Source: an uncultured Desulfosarcina sp.
GTDB lineage: Bacteria; Desulfobacterota; Desulfobacteria; Desulfobacterales; Desulfosarcinaceae
Length of the DNA: 64,000 nt
Reading direction: 5' to 3'
Assembly (NCBI GenBank): GCA_963674945.2
Contig: CAXXWQ010000004.1
Coordinates: 2,240,001-2,304,000, forward strand
Position numbers and translations under genes: made by a program. The notes beneath the pieces are model-generated. The model made no database searches and was not told where the DNA came from. It worked only from the letters and a program-made list of their open reading frames with translations. This document shows positions 30,744 through 41,988 of the stretch, one piece after another (position 1 is the stretch's first letter; each line of letters starts with the position of its first letter).

Positions 30744-31815
30744 ATTTGACCGGATTGCCCATAGCTACCTGTCAAAACCGAAATCCATGGCCGATTACGC
30801 ACTCAAACAGATCGATACCGTATGGCAGGACGGAGGGGCCTACGCCCTGCTCGGTCCATCGGGATGCGGTAAAACCACGCTGCTCAATGTCATTTCCGGA
30901 CTGCTCAAGCCCAGTCGGGGTCGAGTGCGCTACGACGGTGTCGACGTCACCGATCTGCCGCCGGAAAAGCGTAACATCGCCCAGGTGTTTCAATTCCCGG
31001 TACTCTACGACACCATGACGGTCTTCGACAATCTGGCTTTTCCGCTGAGAAATCGCGGGTTCAAGGCCGAGGTTACCACCCGCCGGGTTCATGAGGTCGC
31101 CGACATGCTGGATCTGACCCCTGACCTGAACAAGCGGGCGGCCGGGCTGAGCGCCGATGCCAAGCAGAAGATATCCCTTGGGCGCGGGCTGGTACGAAGC
31201 GATGTGGCGGCCATTCTTTTCGACGAACCGTTGACCGTCATCGATCCCCACCTGAAATGGCATCTTCGACGAAAGCTGAAAGAAGTTCACGAACAGCTGA
31301 AACTGACCCTGATCTATGTCACCCATGACCAGGTGGAAGCATTGACATTCGCCGATCAGGTCCTCTTGATGGTCGAGGGTGAAATCCTTCAGACCGGAAC
31401 GCCCGAAGAGCTGTTCGAAAATCCTCGACACAAATTCGTGGGCTACTTCATCGGCAGCCCCGGCATGAACTTTCTGCCCTGCACCTTAGCGGGCAACCAC
31501 GCCCGGGTCGACGATGTGGTCATCGCCCTGGATCCGGATACGGCAGCGCGTGGTGCCGACGCCAAGGGGAAACTGGAACTCGGGATCCGCCCCATGCATC
31601 TGATGGTGCACAGCACCCCCATCGACGACGGCGTGGCCGCGACCGTGAAGGCCGTGGAAGATCAAGGCGGTTTCAAAATCCTCACTCTGATGATGAATGC
31701 CCACATGTTGCGCGCCCGCATCCCGGAGGGGCATCCGGTCCCGGAATCGAAGGCATGGCTGACGTTTCCCCAAGATCGAACCAAACTTTTCGCCGACGAA
31801 CGGCTGGTTTCATAA
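30730..31815 (+). CDS. Glycerol ABC transporter second ATP-binding protein
   Basis: GPSGCGKT, QVFQFPV, QKISLGRGLVR, DEPLTVIDPHLK. Confidence 0.9.
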   Translation: MARIEFDRIAHSYLSKPKSMADYALKQIDTVWQDGGAYALLGPSGCGKTTLLNVISGLLKPSRGRVRYDGVDVTDLPPEKRNIAQVFQFPVLYDTMTVFDNLAFPLRNRGFKAEVTTRRVHEVADMLDLTPDLNKRAAGLSADAKQKISLGRGLVRSDVAAILFDEPLTVIDPHLKWHLRRKLKEVHEQLKLTLIYVTHDQVEALTFADQVLLMVEGEILQTGTPEELFENPRHKFVGYFIGSPGMNFLPCTLAGNHARVDDVVIALDPDTAARGADAKGKLELGIRPMHLMVHSTPIDDGVAATVKAVEDQGGFKILTLMMNAHMLRARIPEGHPVPESKAWLTFPQDRTKLFADERLVS

Positions 31816-31825
31816 AGGAGATGGA

Positions 31826-32706
31826 ATGGAAAAATGGCCAGATAACCGGGCATGGTTCCTGGTCCTGCCGGTCTTCGTGATTGTGGCCTTCAGTGCCATC
31901 ATTCCACTGATGACCGTCGTCAACTATTCGATCCAGGACATCTTCGGTCCGGGTAATGCGGTGTTTGTCGGGACCGAGTGGTTTAAGGATATGTTAACCG
32001 ACAAGCGATTGCACGACGCCCTGTGGCGCCAGTTCCTCTTCTCCGGGCTGGTTCTCGTGATCGAAATTCCCCTGGGCATCTTGATTGCGCTGGCCATGCC
32101 CAAAAAGGGGTGGGGCGTTTCCGCCAGTCTGGTGACGCTGGCCATTCCCTTGCTCATCCCGTGGAACGTCATCGGCACGATCTGGATCATCTTCACCCGC
32201 CCTGACATCGGGCTGTTGGGTGTGGGCATCAACAGCTTGAATATTCTGGATGTTCCCTTCGATCATACCGCCCGGCCGCTGTACGCCTGGATCACCCTGA
32301 TGGCCATGGAGGTCTGGCACTGGACCCCGCTGGTGGCCCTTCTCTGTTATGCCGGACTGCGGGCCATCCCCGAGGCGTACTATCAGGCCGCGAAGATCGA
32401 CGGTGCCTCCTCCTGGGCGGTATTTACGTATATCCAACTGCCCAAAATGCGCGGCGTTCTGACCATCGCCGTGCTTCTGCGATGGATGGACAGCTTTCTG
32501 ATCTATGCCGAACCGTTCGCACTGACCGGTGGGGGGCCGGGCAACTCGACCACCTTTTTGTCCATCTACCTGGTGAAGCTGGCCACAGGCCAGTTCGACC
32601 TCGGGCCGGCGGCGGCCTTTTCCCTGATCTATTTTCTCATCGTTCTTTTATTCAGTTTTATCTTTTATCAGGCGCTGCTCAATGTCGGCAAGGGAGAGAA
32701 ACGATC

Positions 32707-32710
<4 letters not shown>
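31826..32710 (+). CDS. Carbohydrate (glycerol) ABC transporter permease
   Basis: TM helices, EAA-loop YQAAKIDGAS, LTGGGPG. Confidence 0.9.
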
Positions 32711-33510
<800 letters not shown>

Positions 33511-33523
33511 AAGAGGTTTCACC

Positions 33524-33802
33524 ATGCGTCTGGATTGGATGTACTGGACCGTTCCGACGGCGATTTTCTTTACCACCATCGCCTTGATGATCCTTGGCAT
33601 GCTCGTCTGGGAACTGATCGCCCCAACGATCGAACGCGCAGGATTTCTAAGGGTACCGACGACGCGCGGCACGCGGTTTTTCGTCGGCTTATTGGGGACC
33701 GCATACATTCATTTGGCATGGCTCGGGCTGACGAACCTGAATTTGTGGTTCGCGCTTCCCATTTCGGCCGTTTGGATGATTGTCGTCATGCGCTGGGGGT
33801 AA
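33524..33802 (+). CDS. Small membrane subunit, DUF2160/GlpU-like
   Basis: WM-x-WT-x-PTA-x-FF, GFL-x3-TTRG-x-R-x-F, HLAWLGL. Confidence 0.85.
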   Translation: MRLDWMYWTVPTAIFFTTIALMILGMLVWELIAPTIERAGFLRVPTTRGTRFFVGLLGTAYIHLAWLGLTNLNLWFALPISAVWMIVVMRWG

Positions 33803-33887
33803 TTGTCGTAACGAATAGAATCATCCCGTTTGCCTCTTTGTGTGATGAGTTCCGGAAGCTGAGAAGAAAACGGGTTGATTCGTTGCA

Positions 33888-33956
33888 TTCAGACCGGGTG
33901 AACTGCACCCGGAACCAACCCGAACGATGAAAGCACTGGTGTGCGTTGACTGCCGG
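33888..33956. repeat. 70-bp dispersed motif, copy 1 (leader of the substrate-binding gene)
   Basis: 47 of the first 57 bases match 52321-52377. Confidence 0.75.
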
Positions 33957-34127
33957 TACCGTTGTCATTCTTAACGGATACGTCGATCCTGCACCTTCCC
34001 ATATTGCGTTCTAATCTGACCTTACGATTGTGTATTTGAACTTGCGCTTCCCATCACTGCCCGCGATGGGTGATGACCGGCGCAAAGGTTTCATTCCCAC
34101 CAACAACGAAGAAAAAGGAGGAAAACT

Positions 34128-35873
34128 ATGGCACATCGGATGAAAAGCAAGTTGCCCCGGGCGCTTCTATTGGGCGGATTTGCCGTGCTGCTGGTCGTCA
34201 CTGCGGCCGGATCGTCCCTTGCGGACATGGCTGCCGCGAAAAAATGGGTAAAACAAGAGTTTACGCCCTCGACCCTTTCGGAAAAACAGCAGCTCAAGGA
34301 GATGGAGTGGTTCATCAAGGCATCCAAACCGTTTAAAGGCATGAACATCAAGGTGGTCTCGGAAACCATACCCACCCATGAATACGAGGCCAAGATTCTG
34401 GCCAAGGCTTTCGAGGAGATCACCGGCATCAAGGTATCCTTTGACCTGATCCAGGAGGGTGATGTCATCGAGAAGCTCCAGACCCAGTGGGCCTCGGGTG
34501 AGAACATTTACGATGGCTGGATCAACGATTCCGATCTGATTGGAACCCATGCCCGTTACGGCTATGTGGTGCCGTTGTCCGATTTCATGTCCGGTGAAGG
34601 CAGGGATGTGACCCTGCCGACGCTGGATGTGGATGACTTCATGGGCAAGTCCTTCACCACGGGGCCCGACGGAAAGCTCTACCAATTACCGGACCAGCAG
34701 TTCGCCAACCTCTACTGGTTCCGCTACGACTGGTTCAAACGGGACGACTTCAAAAAGCAGTTCAAAGAGATCTACGGTTATGAGTTGGGCGTACCGGTCA
34801 ATTGGTCGGCATACGAGGACATCGCCGAATTTTTCACCGAGCATGTGCGGGAAATCGACGGAAAGGCCATTTTTGGCCATAACGATTACGGTAAAAAAGC
34901 CCCGGACCTGGGATGGCGCTTCACCGATGCCTGGCTCTCCATGGCTGGTGCCGGCGACAAGGGCATTCCCAATGGGAAGCCGGTGGATGAATGGGGAATC
35001 CGCATGGAGGGCTGCCGTCCAGTGGGGGCCACCGTAGCCCGTGGTGGCGCCGCCAACGGGCCGGCCGCAAAATACGCTCTTCGTAAGTACATGGAATGGT
35101 TGAGAAAATATGCCCCTCCGGGAAGCCTTGGAATGGACTTCTACACCTATCTGCCGTTTCTGGCCAGTGGCAGTGTGGCCCAGCAGATCTTCTGGTACAC
35201 CGCCTTCGTTCCCGACATGGTTGCCCCGGGACCCACGGTGAATGAAGACGGCACCCCCAAATGGCGCATGGCACCGTCCCCCCACGGCCCCTATTGGGAG
35301 GAAGGAATGAAGCTGGGCTATCAGGACTGCGGATCCTGGACCTTCATGAAGAGCACCCCCTTAGAGCGCCGCAAGGCCGCCTGGCTCTTTGCCCAGTTTT
35401 GCGTGTGTAAGACCACCTCGCTGAAAAAGGCCCATGTGGGATTGACCCCCATCCGCGACAGCGACATCCGCCATGAGTCGTTCACCAAAAGGGCTCCCAA
35501 ACTGGGAGGTCTGGTGGAATTCTACCGCAGCCCGGCCCGCGTGGCCTGGACGCCCACCGGAGTCAACGTGCCCGATTATCCCAAACTGGCCCAGCTGTGG
35601 TGGCAGAACATCGGCGAAGCGGTTGCCGGTGAAGTGACTGTGGACACGGCCATGGACAATCTTGCCAATGAGATGGACAAGGTCATGATGCGCATCGCCA
35701 GGTCCAAGACCCAAGGCGATTGTGGTCCCTTGCTCAATCCGGAAAAGGATGAAGCGTATTGGCTCGGCCAGCCCGGATCACCCAAGGCGAAGCTGGCCAA
35801 TGAAAAACCCAAGGGGGAAACGGTGGATTACGATAAATTGATTCAGGCGTGGCGGGAGGGACGCGTTAAATAG
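34128..35873 (+). CDS. Glycerol ABC transporter substrate-binding protein (GlpV-like)
   Basis: Signal peptide; YQLPDQQFANLYWFRYDWF, GWRFTDAWLSMAG, PDYPKLAQLWW; AAGGAGG RBS. Confidence 0.9.
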   Translation: MAHRMKSKLPRALLLGGFAVLLVVTAAGSSLADMAAAKKWVKQEFTPSTLSEKQQLKEMEWFIKASKPFKGMNIKVVSETIPTHEYEAKILAKAFEEITGIKVSFDLIQEGDVIEKLQTQWASGENIYDGWINDSDLIGTHARYGYVVPLSDFMSGEGRDVTLPTLDVDDFMGKSFTTGPDGKLYQLPDQQFANLYWFRYDWFKRDDFKKQFKEIYGYELGVPVNWSAYEDIAEFFTEHVREIDGKAIFGHNDYGKKAPDLGWRFTDAWLSMAGAGDKGIPNGKPVDEWGIRMEGCRPVGATVARGGAANGPAAKYALRKYMEWLRKYAPPGSLGMDFYTYLPFLASGSVAQQIFWYTAFVPDMVAPGPTVNEDGTPKWRMAPSPHGPYWEEGMKLGYQDCGSWTFMKSTPLERRKAAWLFAQFCVCKTTSLKKAHVGLTPIRDSDIRHESFTKRAPKLGGLVEFYRSPARVAWTPTGVNVPDYPKLAQLWWQNIGEAVAGEVTVDTAMDNLANEMDKVMMRIARSKTQGDCGPLLNPEKDEAYWLGQPGSPKAKLANEKPKGETVDYDKLIQAWREGRVK

Positions 35874-35903
35874 GAACCCGTCTTTTCCGTTGGTACAGTT
35901 CGC

Positions 35904-35941
35904 ATCGGGGTCGGTCCGCCTTCGGACCGACCCCGATTTTT
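35904..35941 (+). terminator. Intrinsic terminator after the ABC operon
   Basis: ATCGGGGTCGGTCCG-CCTT-CGGACCGACCCCGAT followed by a T run. Confidence 0.85.
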
Positions 35942-35958
35942 AGTGAAGGGATTTGGAT

Positions 35959-35987
35959 TTGACATTGCCTATGGGCTTGGGTAGTGT
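35959..35987 (+). promoter_or_regulatory. Candidate sigma70 promoter for the YkgJ-family gene
   Basis: TTGACA-17 bp-TAGTGT. Confidence 0.55.
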
Positions 35988-35998
35988 CCGTCCATTGT

Positions 35999-36152
35999 TG
36001 ACGACTTCGTAAAAAGCTTTTCCAGGCCACACATGGCCAAACAATCGCATGCAAGAAACTCGTTTTTAATTTCTTTGCCAATAGGTTAAAAATTCGGGAA
36101 AAGCTTTTTATAAAAGTATGTTATAAATGATTTAATTGAACGAGTACCTTAG
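35999..36152 (-). repeat. Family B element, copy 2
   Basis: Reverse complement aligns over its whole length with 230-382. Confidence 0.85.
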
Positions 36153-36204
36153 AAGTCCGAGAGATAACTTCATACGAGGTAGTACCACCAAAAAAGGAAG
36201 ATCA

Positions 36205-37011
36205 ATGAACGACGCAGACAAGACCGCCTGTATTTCACCGGTACGCTTGGGGTACAAGAGCAAGTTCCAATTTAAATGCCACCCGAAGGTATCGTGCTTT
36301 ACCCAATGCTGCCGGGGTATCAATATCATACTGACCCCTTACGACATCATCCAACTGAAAAACCGGTTGGGCCTGACCTCCCGTGAATTTCTGGCCATCT
36401 ATACCGAGCCCCACCTCTTGGAGAAGACAGACCTGCCCATGGTGACCCTCAAACTTCTGGATGATGATCTGAAATCGTGTCCTTTCGTGAAGGATGAAGA
36501 AGGCTGCATCATTTACGAGGATCGTCCCACCTCCTGCCGCTACTATCCCCTGGGAACGGCCACCTTGCAACACAAGGAGGGTGCCGATGACGACGGTTTT
36601 TTCTTTTTTATCAACGAGCCTCACTGCAAGGGGTTCGAAGAAGAGACCCAGTGGACCGTGGCCGACTGGCGGCAGGACCAGGGGGTGGATCTGCGGGATG
36701 AAATCAATCGGGAATGGACCGATCTGGTGGTACGAAAACGAAGTTTTCCCTCCAACATCAAACTGACCGAACAGGCCAAACAGATGTTTTTTCTGGTCAG
36801 CTACGACATCGATAAATTCCGGGAGTTCGTCTTCGATAGTTCCTTTCTGAAACGATTCGAAGTGGATGAGACCACCGTACAGAAAATTCGAACCGACGAG
36901 ATTCAACTGCTGAAGTTCGGCATCGACTGGCTCAAAGGCATCTTGTTTAAACAGACCGAACCAGAACAGCAGGCGGCCAATTTCGCTGGCGGCGAAAAAA
37001 CCGCCGACTGA
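36205..37011 (+). CDS. YkgJ family Cys-cluster (Zn/Fe-chelating) protein
   Basis: C-x5-CFTQCC, LTPYD, CPF, CIIYEDRPTSCRYYP, CKG. Confidence 0.88.
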   Translation: MNDADKTACISPVRLGYKSKFQFKCHPKVSCFTQCCRGINIILTPYDIIQLKNRLGLTSREFLAIYTEPHLLEKTDLPMVTLKLLDDDLKSCPFVKDEEGCIIYEDRPTSCRYYPLGTATLQHKEGADDDGFFFFINEPHCKGFEEETQWTVADWRQDQGVDLRDEINREWTDLVVRKRSFPSNIKLTEQAKQMFFLVSYDIDKFREFVFDSSFLKRFEVDETTVQKIRTDEIQLLKFGIDWLKGILFKQTEPEQQAANFAGGEKTAD

Positions 37012-37084
37012 AATCCGGGCACATAGGTTCGGCTTTGGCTTCCCCTGGAAGGAAGGGGCACTGCAATCACGGAAAGACAAAGGA

Positions 37085-38740
37085 CCTGAATCAGTGGCCT
37101 AATTTTTGCTGTTAGGATTGGCGCGGGGCGATTGCCTCACACACCATCATTTGTTGATAATTTTTCTCACTATTTTCAAATTTCGAAGGAATTTTGCTCC
37201 TGTTTCTCATTCTTTAGCCATAGCAAATCACCAAGCAAATGCCTGTAAAATTGTTCTTTTAAAAATTATAGCTACTTCATAGCGGAAAGCAAATTCAGAC
37301 GAAGATAAATCCGATCCATCAGTTTGGAAAATGGATTGAGTTGGCCAAAGGATATGTACCATTTTCTACTTCTGGTTACTAATCGACCGGCCATATACAT
37401 CAAGTCCTGCATGACTGTCCGGATTCGACGCCGGGTAACTTTCTTCCGGCGTATACCGGGCAATTCAGTCGGATCACTCTCTTCGATGCTGATTTGTCCG
37501 ATAATCCGTAGCATGTTGTACGTCAGCATCGCCAAATGAAGAATCAAGCTATTGGTGGAAAAATGACCGCTCGGCAAGCGCTCCAGGCCCATGTCGGATT
37601 TGAGTTCGGAGTGAAACTGCTCGCTGGTACCGTGATCGTGATAAAGTCGAATCACCTCATCCGGTGGCAACTGTGCGAGGCTGCACCAATAGGTATCGAT
37701 CTGATACTCGGGGAACAGCAGTACTTGGCCCTTTTTGGTATGCCTTTCGGTAACCTCAAAGATGATTGGGTAGCGCAATGGATTGCCGTTGATGTCTTCA
37801 ATCGTCTTTCCGATCCATACACATTTTCCTGAGCGGCAATGCTGTTGCTTGCCGGATTTTTTTGCCAGATCAACCCACTTTTGAACAGATTCTCTACGCA
37901 AATTGCGTTTGATGATAAAGTGGACATTCTTTCGTGAATCGTCAGGAAAGTTGTCTTGACTGTCGTTTCCTGAATCCAACCTCATCAAAATAGGCTGATC
38001 GGTAATTTGCCTGGCATAATCCAAGGTGGCGTTGATAAATTCGGGGGTGTTTTTCTGGCAGTGTTGTTTTCCTTCTCTGAACTCAAGATTCACCAGATAC
38101 CCCTCGGTGCCCAGGTAGGCAAAGATCGGAGCGAAGCCATCCGTGCCTTTGTAGGTTCTGGAAACGCCTTCCTTTTGAGTCTTTGAGTTGTCAAACGGAC
38201 TCACATCCATATCCAAAGGAAGGAAATCACCCGCACTGGTTTGGATGGGTGAAATCGCCGGAGCGCAGGATCGAACCAAATCAACGCCTGCATCCTTAAT
38301 CAGCTTATCGGCTTGGTTGCCGATCAAATCGATTCGCTGACGCAATGTCGGGCTTGACGGGCATGCACGATTGCCAATGGCCTTGTTGAAAAATTCTTGC
38401 TTCTCACGAAAAATCTCGATCGCATCGTAATCAGGTTTACCAATACTCATGAGAGCAATCATCGAAGCTAAAATGTCACCATGAGAAATTTTCGGGTCTA
38501 CACAATGGACGCCGTTGATCTTTTCGAAACGGAACCTGAAATTTATCGCATCAAGTAATGCGCCGATATTGATCAATCCGCTATGACTGGCAAGTTTTTC
38601 CATCTCGTGTTTTATGGTGATCGGACGCCGCATTGATTTCACCTCCGAAGTGAGCGTTTAGTGCCCTAATATTACCATAATATATATGTTTTATCAATTG
38701 GTTATAGTGTTTTAATCAGGTTTTGTGCCACGGAAACAGG
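37085..38740 (-). mobile_element. IS1380-family insertion sequence with 6-bp direct repeat
   Basis: TIRs CCTGAATCAGTGGC / CCTGTTTCCGTGGC; AAAGGA at 37079-37084 and 38741-38746. Confidence 0.88.
37272..38642 (-). CDS. IS1380-family DDE transposase
   Basis: LDMD, RLDSG, YHDHGTSEQFHSELK, LPSG-x-F-x-TN. Confidence 0.92.
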   Translation of the reverse strand: MKSMRRPITIKHEMEKLASHSGLINIGALLDAINFRFRFEKINGVHCVDPKISHGDILASMIALMSIGKPDYDAIEIFREKQEFFNKAIGNRACPSSPTLRQRIDLIGNQADKLIKDAGVDLVRSCAPAISPIQTSAGDFLPLDMDVSPFDNSKTQKEGVSRTYKGTDGFAPIFAYLGTEGYLVNLEFREGKQHCQKNTPEFINATLDYARQITDQPILMRLDSGNDSQDNFPDDSRKNVHFIIKRNLRRESVQKWVDLAKKSGKQQHCRSGKCVWIGKTIEDINGNPLRYPIIFEVTERHTKKGQVLLFPEYQIDTYWCSLAQLPPDEVIRLYHDHGTSEQFHSELKSDMGLERLPSGHFSTNSLILHLAMLTYNMLRIIGQISIEESDPTELPGIRRKKVTRRRIRTVMQDLMYMAGRLVTRSRKWYISFGQLNPFSKLMDRIYLRLNLLSAMK

Positions 38741-38875
38741 AAAGGAGTCAGCGCCAAAGAATGCTGACCTGGTTCAGGAAACCAACTTTTCTGTTCCTCA
38801 ATAAAAAGCGCCTGATCATTCGGGATCGGACGCTCAGGCGGTATTCACACCGCCGGCAATGGCCAGCAGACGTTG

Positions 38876-39754
38876 TCAGCGAACGATGTCGCCCACGGTG
38901 AAACCGGTGCCGCTGACCACCGTTCCTTCCGCGTAGCCTTGCTCCACCATATTCAATTTTATTTCACCCACTGTTTTGTATTTGATTTTCAAGATCTTAC
39001 CCGAGTTCGGGTCCTTGATGACCTTGCCCTGGCGCCAAATGGTGACTTTCTGGCCGACCTGCAAACCGATCTCCTTGCCCTTGTTCAAAGAGATGCTATT
39101 GCCGTCCACATCCGCCACCACCGCCTTTCCGGTGCTGGCAGCCGCCGGACCCGCCGACGAACTCGAAAGTGGCGTCGCTTCGATTTTGGCCGCCACCTTT
39201 TCAATGGCACCGCGCATGGCTTCGGTGGCATGCTTTTCGTTGAATTTTTCACCGCCGCCAAACCCGAAGACCTTTACGGAAAATGAGCTTTTATCGTCGC
39301 TGGCCGTATCGGCGAAGACGATCTTACCGGTGGTGGTGTCGACCATTCGAATGTCCACGGCCGAATGGTATCCGACTTTGCCGACGTCAACACCGCCGCC
39401 GCCGCCGCCGGCACGACTCTGCCCATACTCCGTCACCGCACCGGTGATGATGTAATTGACACCGATCAACTTCCCGATCTGGGCGGCCGTGGAGGGATCC
39501 ACGAGTCCGGAGGCGCCCATTTTCTGCTCTTTCAGCACGCTGTTCAAGCGCTCGCGTTCGTACATGTCGAATTTACCGGTTTTCACCAGTGCGGTGGTCA
39601 AAATGTCGGCGGCACCGGAACCCAGGCGCCAGCCGCCATGCTGGGACCGATTCTCAAAATCCATCACCGCCACACGGGGGGCTGCCCATCCCGAGGCAAT
39701 ACTTGTAAAAACAATCAATAGTGCGGTTACAAAGACGAAACGGCATCTTCTCAT
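38876..39754 (-). CDS. CsgG/HfaB-like secreted protein with FlgT-like C-terminus
   Basis: Signal peptide, RVAVMDFEN, ERERL-x-SVLKEQ, IITGAVTEYG, DIRMVDTTTG. Confidence 0.75.
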   Translation of the reverse strand: MRRCRFVFVTALLIVFTSIASGWAAPRVAVMDFENRSQHGGWRLGSGAADILTTALVKTGKFDMYERERLNSVLKEQKMGASGLVDPSTAAQIGKLIGVNYIITGAVTEYGQSRAGGGGGGVDVGKVGYHSAVDIRMVDTTTGKIVFADTASDDKSSFSVKVFGFGGGEKFNEKHATEAMRGAIEKVAAKIEATPLSSSSAGPAAASTGKAVVADVDGNSISLNKGKEIGLQVGQKVTIWRQGKVIKDPNSGKILKIKYKTVGEIKLNMVEQGYAEGTVVSGTGFTVGDIVR

Positions 39755-39800
39755 CGGTTACACCTCCAAGGTCCACATGAATTTCATAGTTCATCAAAAT

Positions 39801-40835
39801 TTAATATGCTTCATAGCACAGATCGGCAAAAAGATCAGCATCGTCCAGTCGCTCATCGATGTTCACCTGGAAAAAATCGGCCAGGGGAGCAAGAATTTCC
39901 GGATTGTTCGACTGAACGGTCTTGGCCATGGAAACCACCTTGTCCAGACCGGCCCGACTCATCTTGCCCAAAGGGGGTCGGCAGGAACCCGACGGTACCC
40001 CCAACAACTGCATCAGGGTCTTCAAGGCCAATGGATTTCTTGCTCTGCACGTCACATGACCGTAAGGGGTCTCTTCCGTGGTCGTCACCGTCACCAATCC
40101 GAACAGAGGCTCCAGGGCATCGGCAAGAGGTTTGGCCTCTTCGACCCGATTGTCCGCCAACAACCCAACCAGGTCGCTCATGGCCCTGGGTGCGATATTG
40201 GAAACCACCGAAATCACACCCGCCGCTGCAATTGCAGGGTCTGTCATCATTTCATACGTCAAGGCGTCATCACCGGAAAAGATCGTGAAATCGGACCCGC
40301 AACAACTGCGTGTGCGACGCATGTTGTCCAGATTGCCCGTGGCCTCCTTGACCGTATTGACATTGGGAAAATCTCTATAGAGCAGGGCCAGGTCTTCCGG
40401 GAAAAGCTGGGCACCTGTCCGGCCCGGAATCACGTAAGGGATGATGGTCAGGTCGGAAAAGGCCTTGGCCACCGGTGCCAAGTAAGCTTTTCGGATCTCC
40501 TGGCTGCTGGGACCGTTGTAATAGGGGTCCACCAGCAGGACGGCATCGGCACCCGCCTCTTGCGCCTGACCCGTTGCGGTCAGAGCCTCTTTGGTGTTGT
40601 TGCTTCCCGCCCCGGCGATACAAAGGCATTTCCCGCGGGTCTCGTCGGATACGAGTTGAACGACCCGATGATGTTCCTTCCAGGTCAGGGTCGGGCTCTC
40701 ACCGGTCGTGCCCACGGCCAGAATACCGGTGATGCCGTTTTGAATCTGAAATTCGACGAGGCGGGAAAGACCTGTTTCGTCCAAGCCCGCCCCGTCGAAT
40801 GGGGTTACCATTGCGGTATAACATCCTGAATTCAT
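39801..40835 (-). CDS. dapA: 4-hydroxy-tetrahydrodipicolinate synthase
   Basis: TAMVTPF, GTTGESPTL, PYYN, VKEATG, SGDD; AGGAGG RBS. Confidence 0.9.
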   Translation of the reverse strand: MNSGCYTAMVTPFDGAGLDETGLSRLVEFQIQNGITGILAVGTTGESPTLTWKEHHRVVQLVSDETRGKCLCIAGAGSNNTKEALTATGQAQEAGADAVLLVDPYYNGPSSQEIRKAYLAPVAKAFSDLTIIPYVIPGRTGAQLFPEDLALLYRDFPNVNTVKEATGNLDNMRRTRSCCGSDFTIFSGDDALTYEMMTDPAIAAAGVISVVSNIAPRAMSDLVGLLADNRVEEAKPLADALEPLFGLVTVTTTEETPYGHVTCRARNPLALKTLMQLLGVPSGSCRPPLGKMSRAGLDKVVSMAKTVQSNNPEILAPLADFFQVNIDERLDDADLFADLCYEAY

Positions 40836-41353
40836 GCTACCTCCTACAGACGCATGGTATATATCAAGGAAAATGCGCGAACTGCCCCCCGAGACCGACC
40901 GCAGGGCAAGGGATCGCAAAAAAACAAATCACGACAGGTCTTGGTACGACCTGTTTCCCGATGCCTTACTGCACGGGGAATTGACGTAGGCAGCACCTGC
41001 CGAGGCGCGGTGTGACATGCAAACTTCCCCAATGGTCTCCGGTATCATGATGATGAGTTCCTGTGGGTTATCGAAGGAGTTGTTGCCGACGGCCAAGTCA
41101 AGCCAGTGGCAGACCTAAGAAATAATTAACAAAACACTTAAGAGAGTTGGGATACCATGTCAAGGGAAAAGCTGGAACGGAAGTGTTTTTCCTTGACACA
41201 TCCAGGCAGTCACGTTACGGGGTTTGGCTTTATGGAAAATAATGATCATTTTAAATACAATGAATAATCGCCAAGCCACTTCGTGAACACACGAATTTGG
41301 TCAAGAACTCGGAATCGGTCGGTGGAAACACATAAAAAGTAAGGATGTCGATC

Positions 41354-41983
41354 ATGTCAAATACACCCAAAGCACCCAACGCGGAGGCGTTTATCGAACA
41401 GCAGAAACAGGCAATCGCCAGCAATCCCGATTGCGGCACCTCTCACTACAACCTCGGTGTGGCCCTGCTGGGGCAAGGAAAAGTCGAAGAGGCGGAAAAA
41501 TCCCTGAGCCATGCCATCGAATGTAGCCCGGGTCTGGCGGAGGCATACGTTCAAATGGGCGGAATCTGCCTGAAACGAGGCGATTTGGATGGCTGCCTGG
41601 ACTGGAACCAGAGGGCCGTAAAGGCCAAACCCGGCTTTTCCGAAGGCTGGGGCAACATCGGTTTCGTATTGCTTCAGCGCGGTGACGTGGAAGGCGCCAT
41701 CAAGGCGCTGGAAAAGGCCACCGTCTTCAATTTCAGGTTCATCCAGGCCTTCGCCACCCTGGCAAACGCCTATCTGATGAACGGACAGATCAAGGAGAGC
41801 ATCGAGGCCAATCTCAAGGCCATAGAGCTTTCCCCCGACTTCGCCGTTGCCCATAACAACCTTGCCATCGCCTATCTGGAAGATGGAGAGCCCACCCTGG
41901 CCGCAAAACACGCCGACAAGGCCGTAGAACTCGGCTATGAAGTGGCACCGGAAATATTGAAGGAGTTGGAACCCCACAGATAA
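41354..41983 (+). CDS. Tetratricopeptide repeat protein
   Basis: Repeated HYNLG / AYVQMG / WGNIG / AHNNLA helices. Confidence 0.88.
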   Translation: MSNTPKAPNAEAFIEQQKQAIASNPDCGTSHYNLGVALLGQGKVEEAEKSLSHAIECSPGLAEAYVQMGGICLKRGDLDGCLDWNQRAVKAKPGFSEGWGNIGFVLLQRGDVEGAIKALEKATVFNFRFIQAFATLANAYLMNGQIKESIEANLKAIELSPDFAVAHNNLAIAYLEDGEPTLAAKHADKAVELGYEVAPEILKELEPHR

Positions 41984-41988
41984 CAATC

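Noticed and set aside
40997..41112. Lysine-riboswitch-like words (GAGGCGC...GAAGG...GCCGA) near dapA
   Set aside because: They lie on the strand opposite to dapA transcription and the 3' half of the consensus is not evident.
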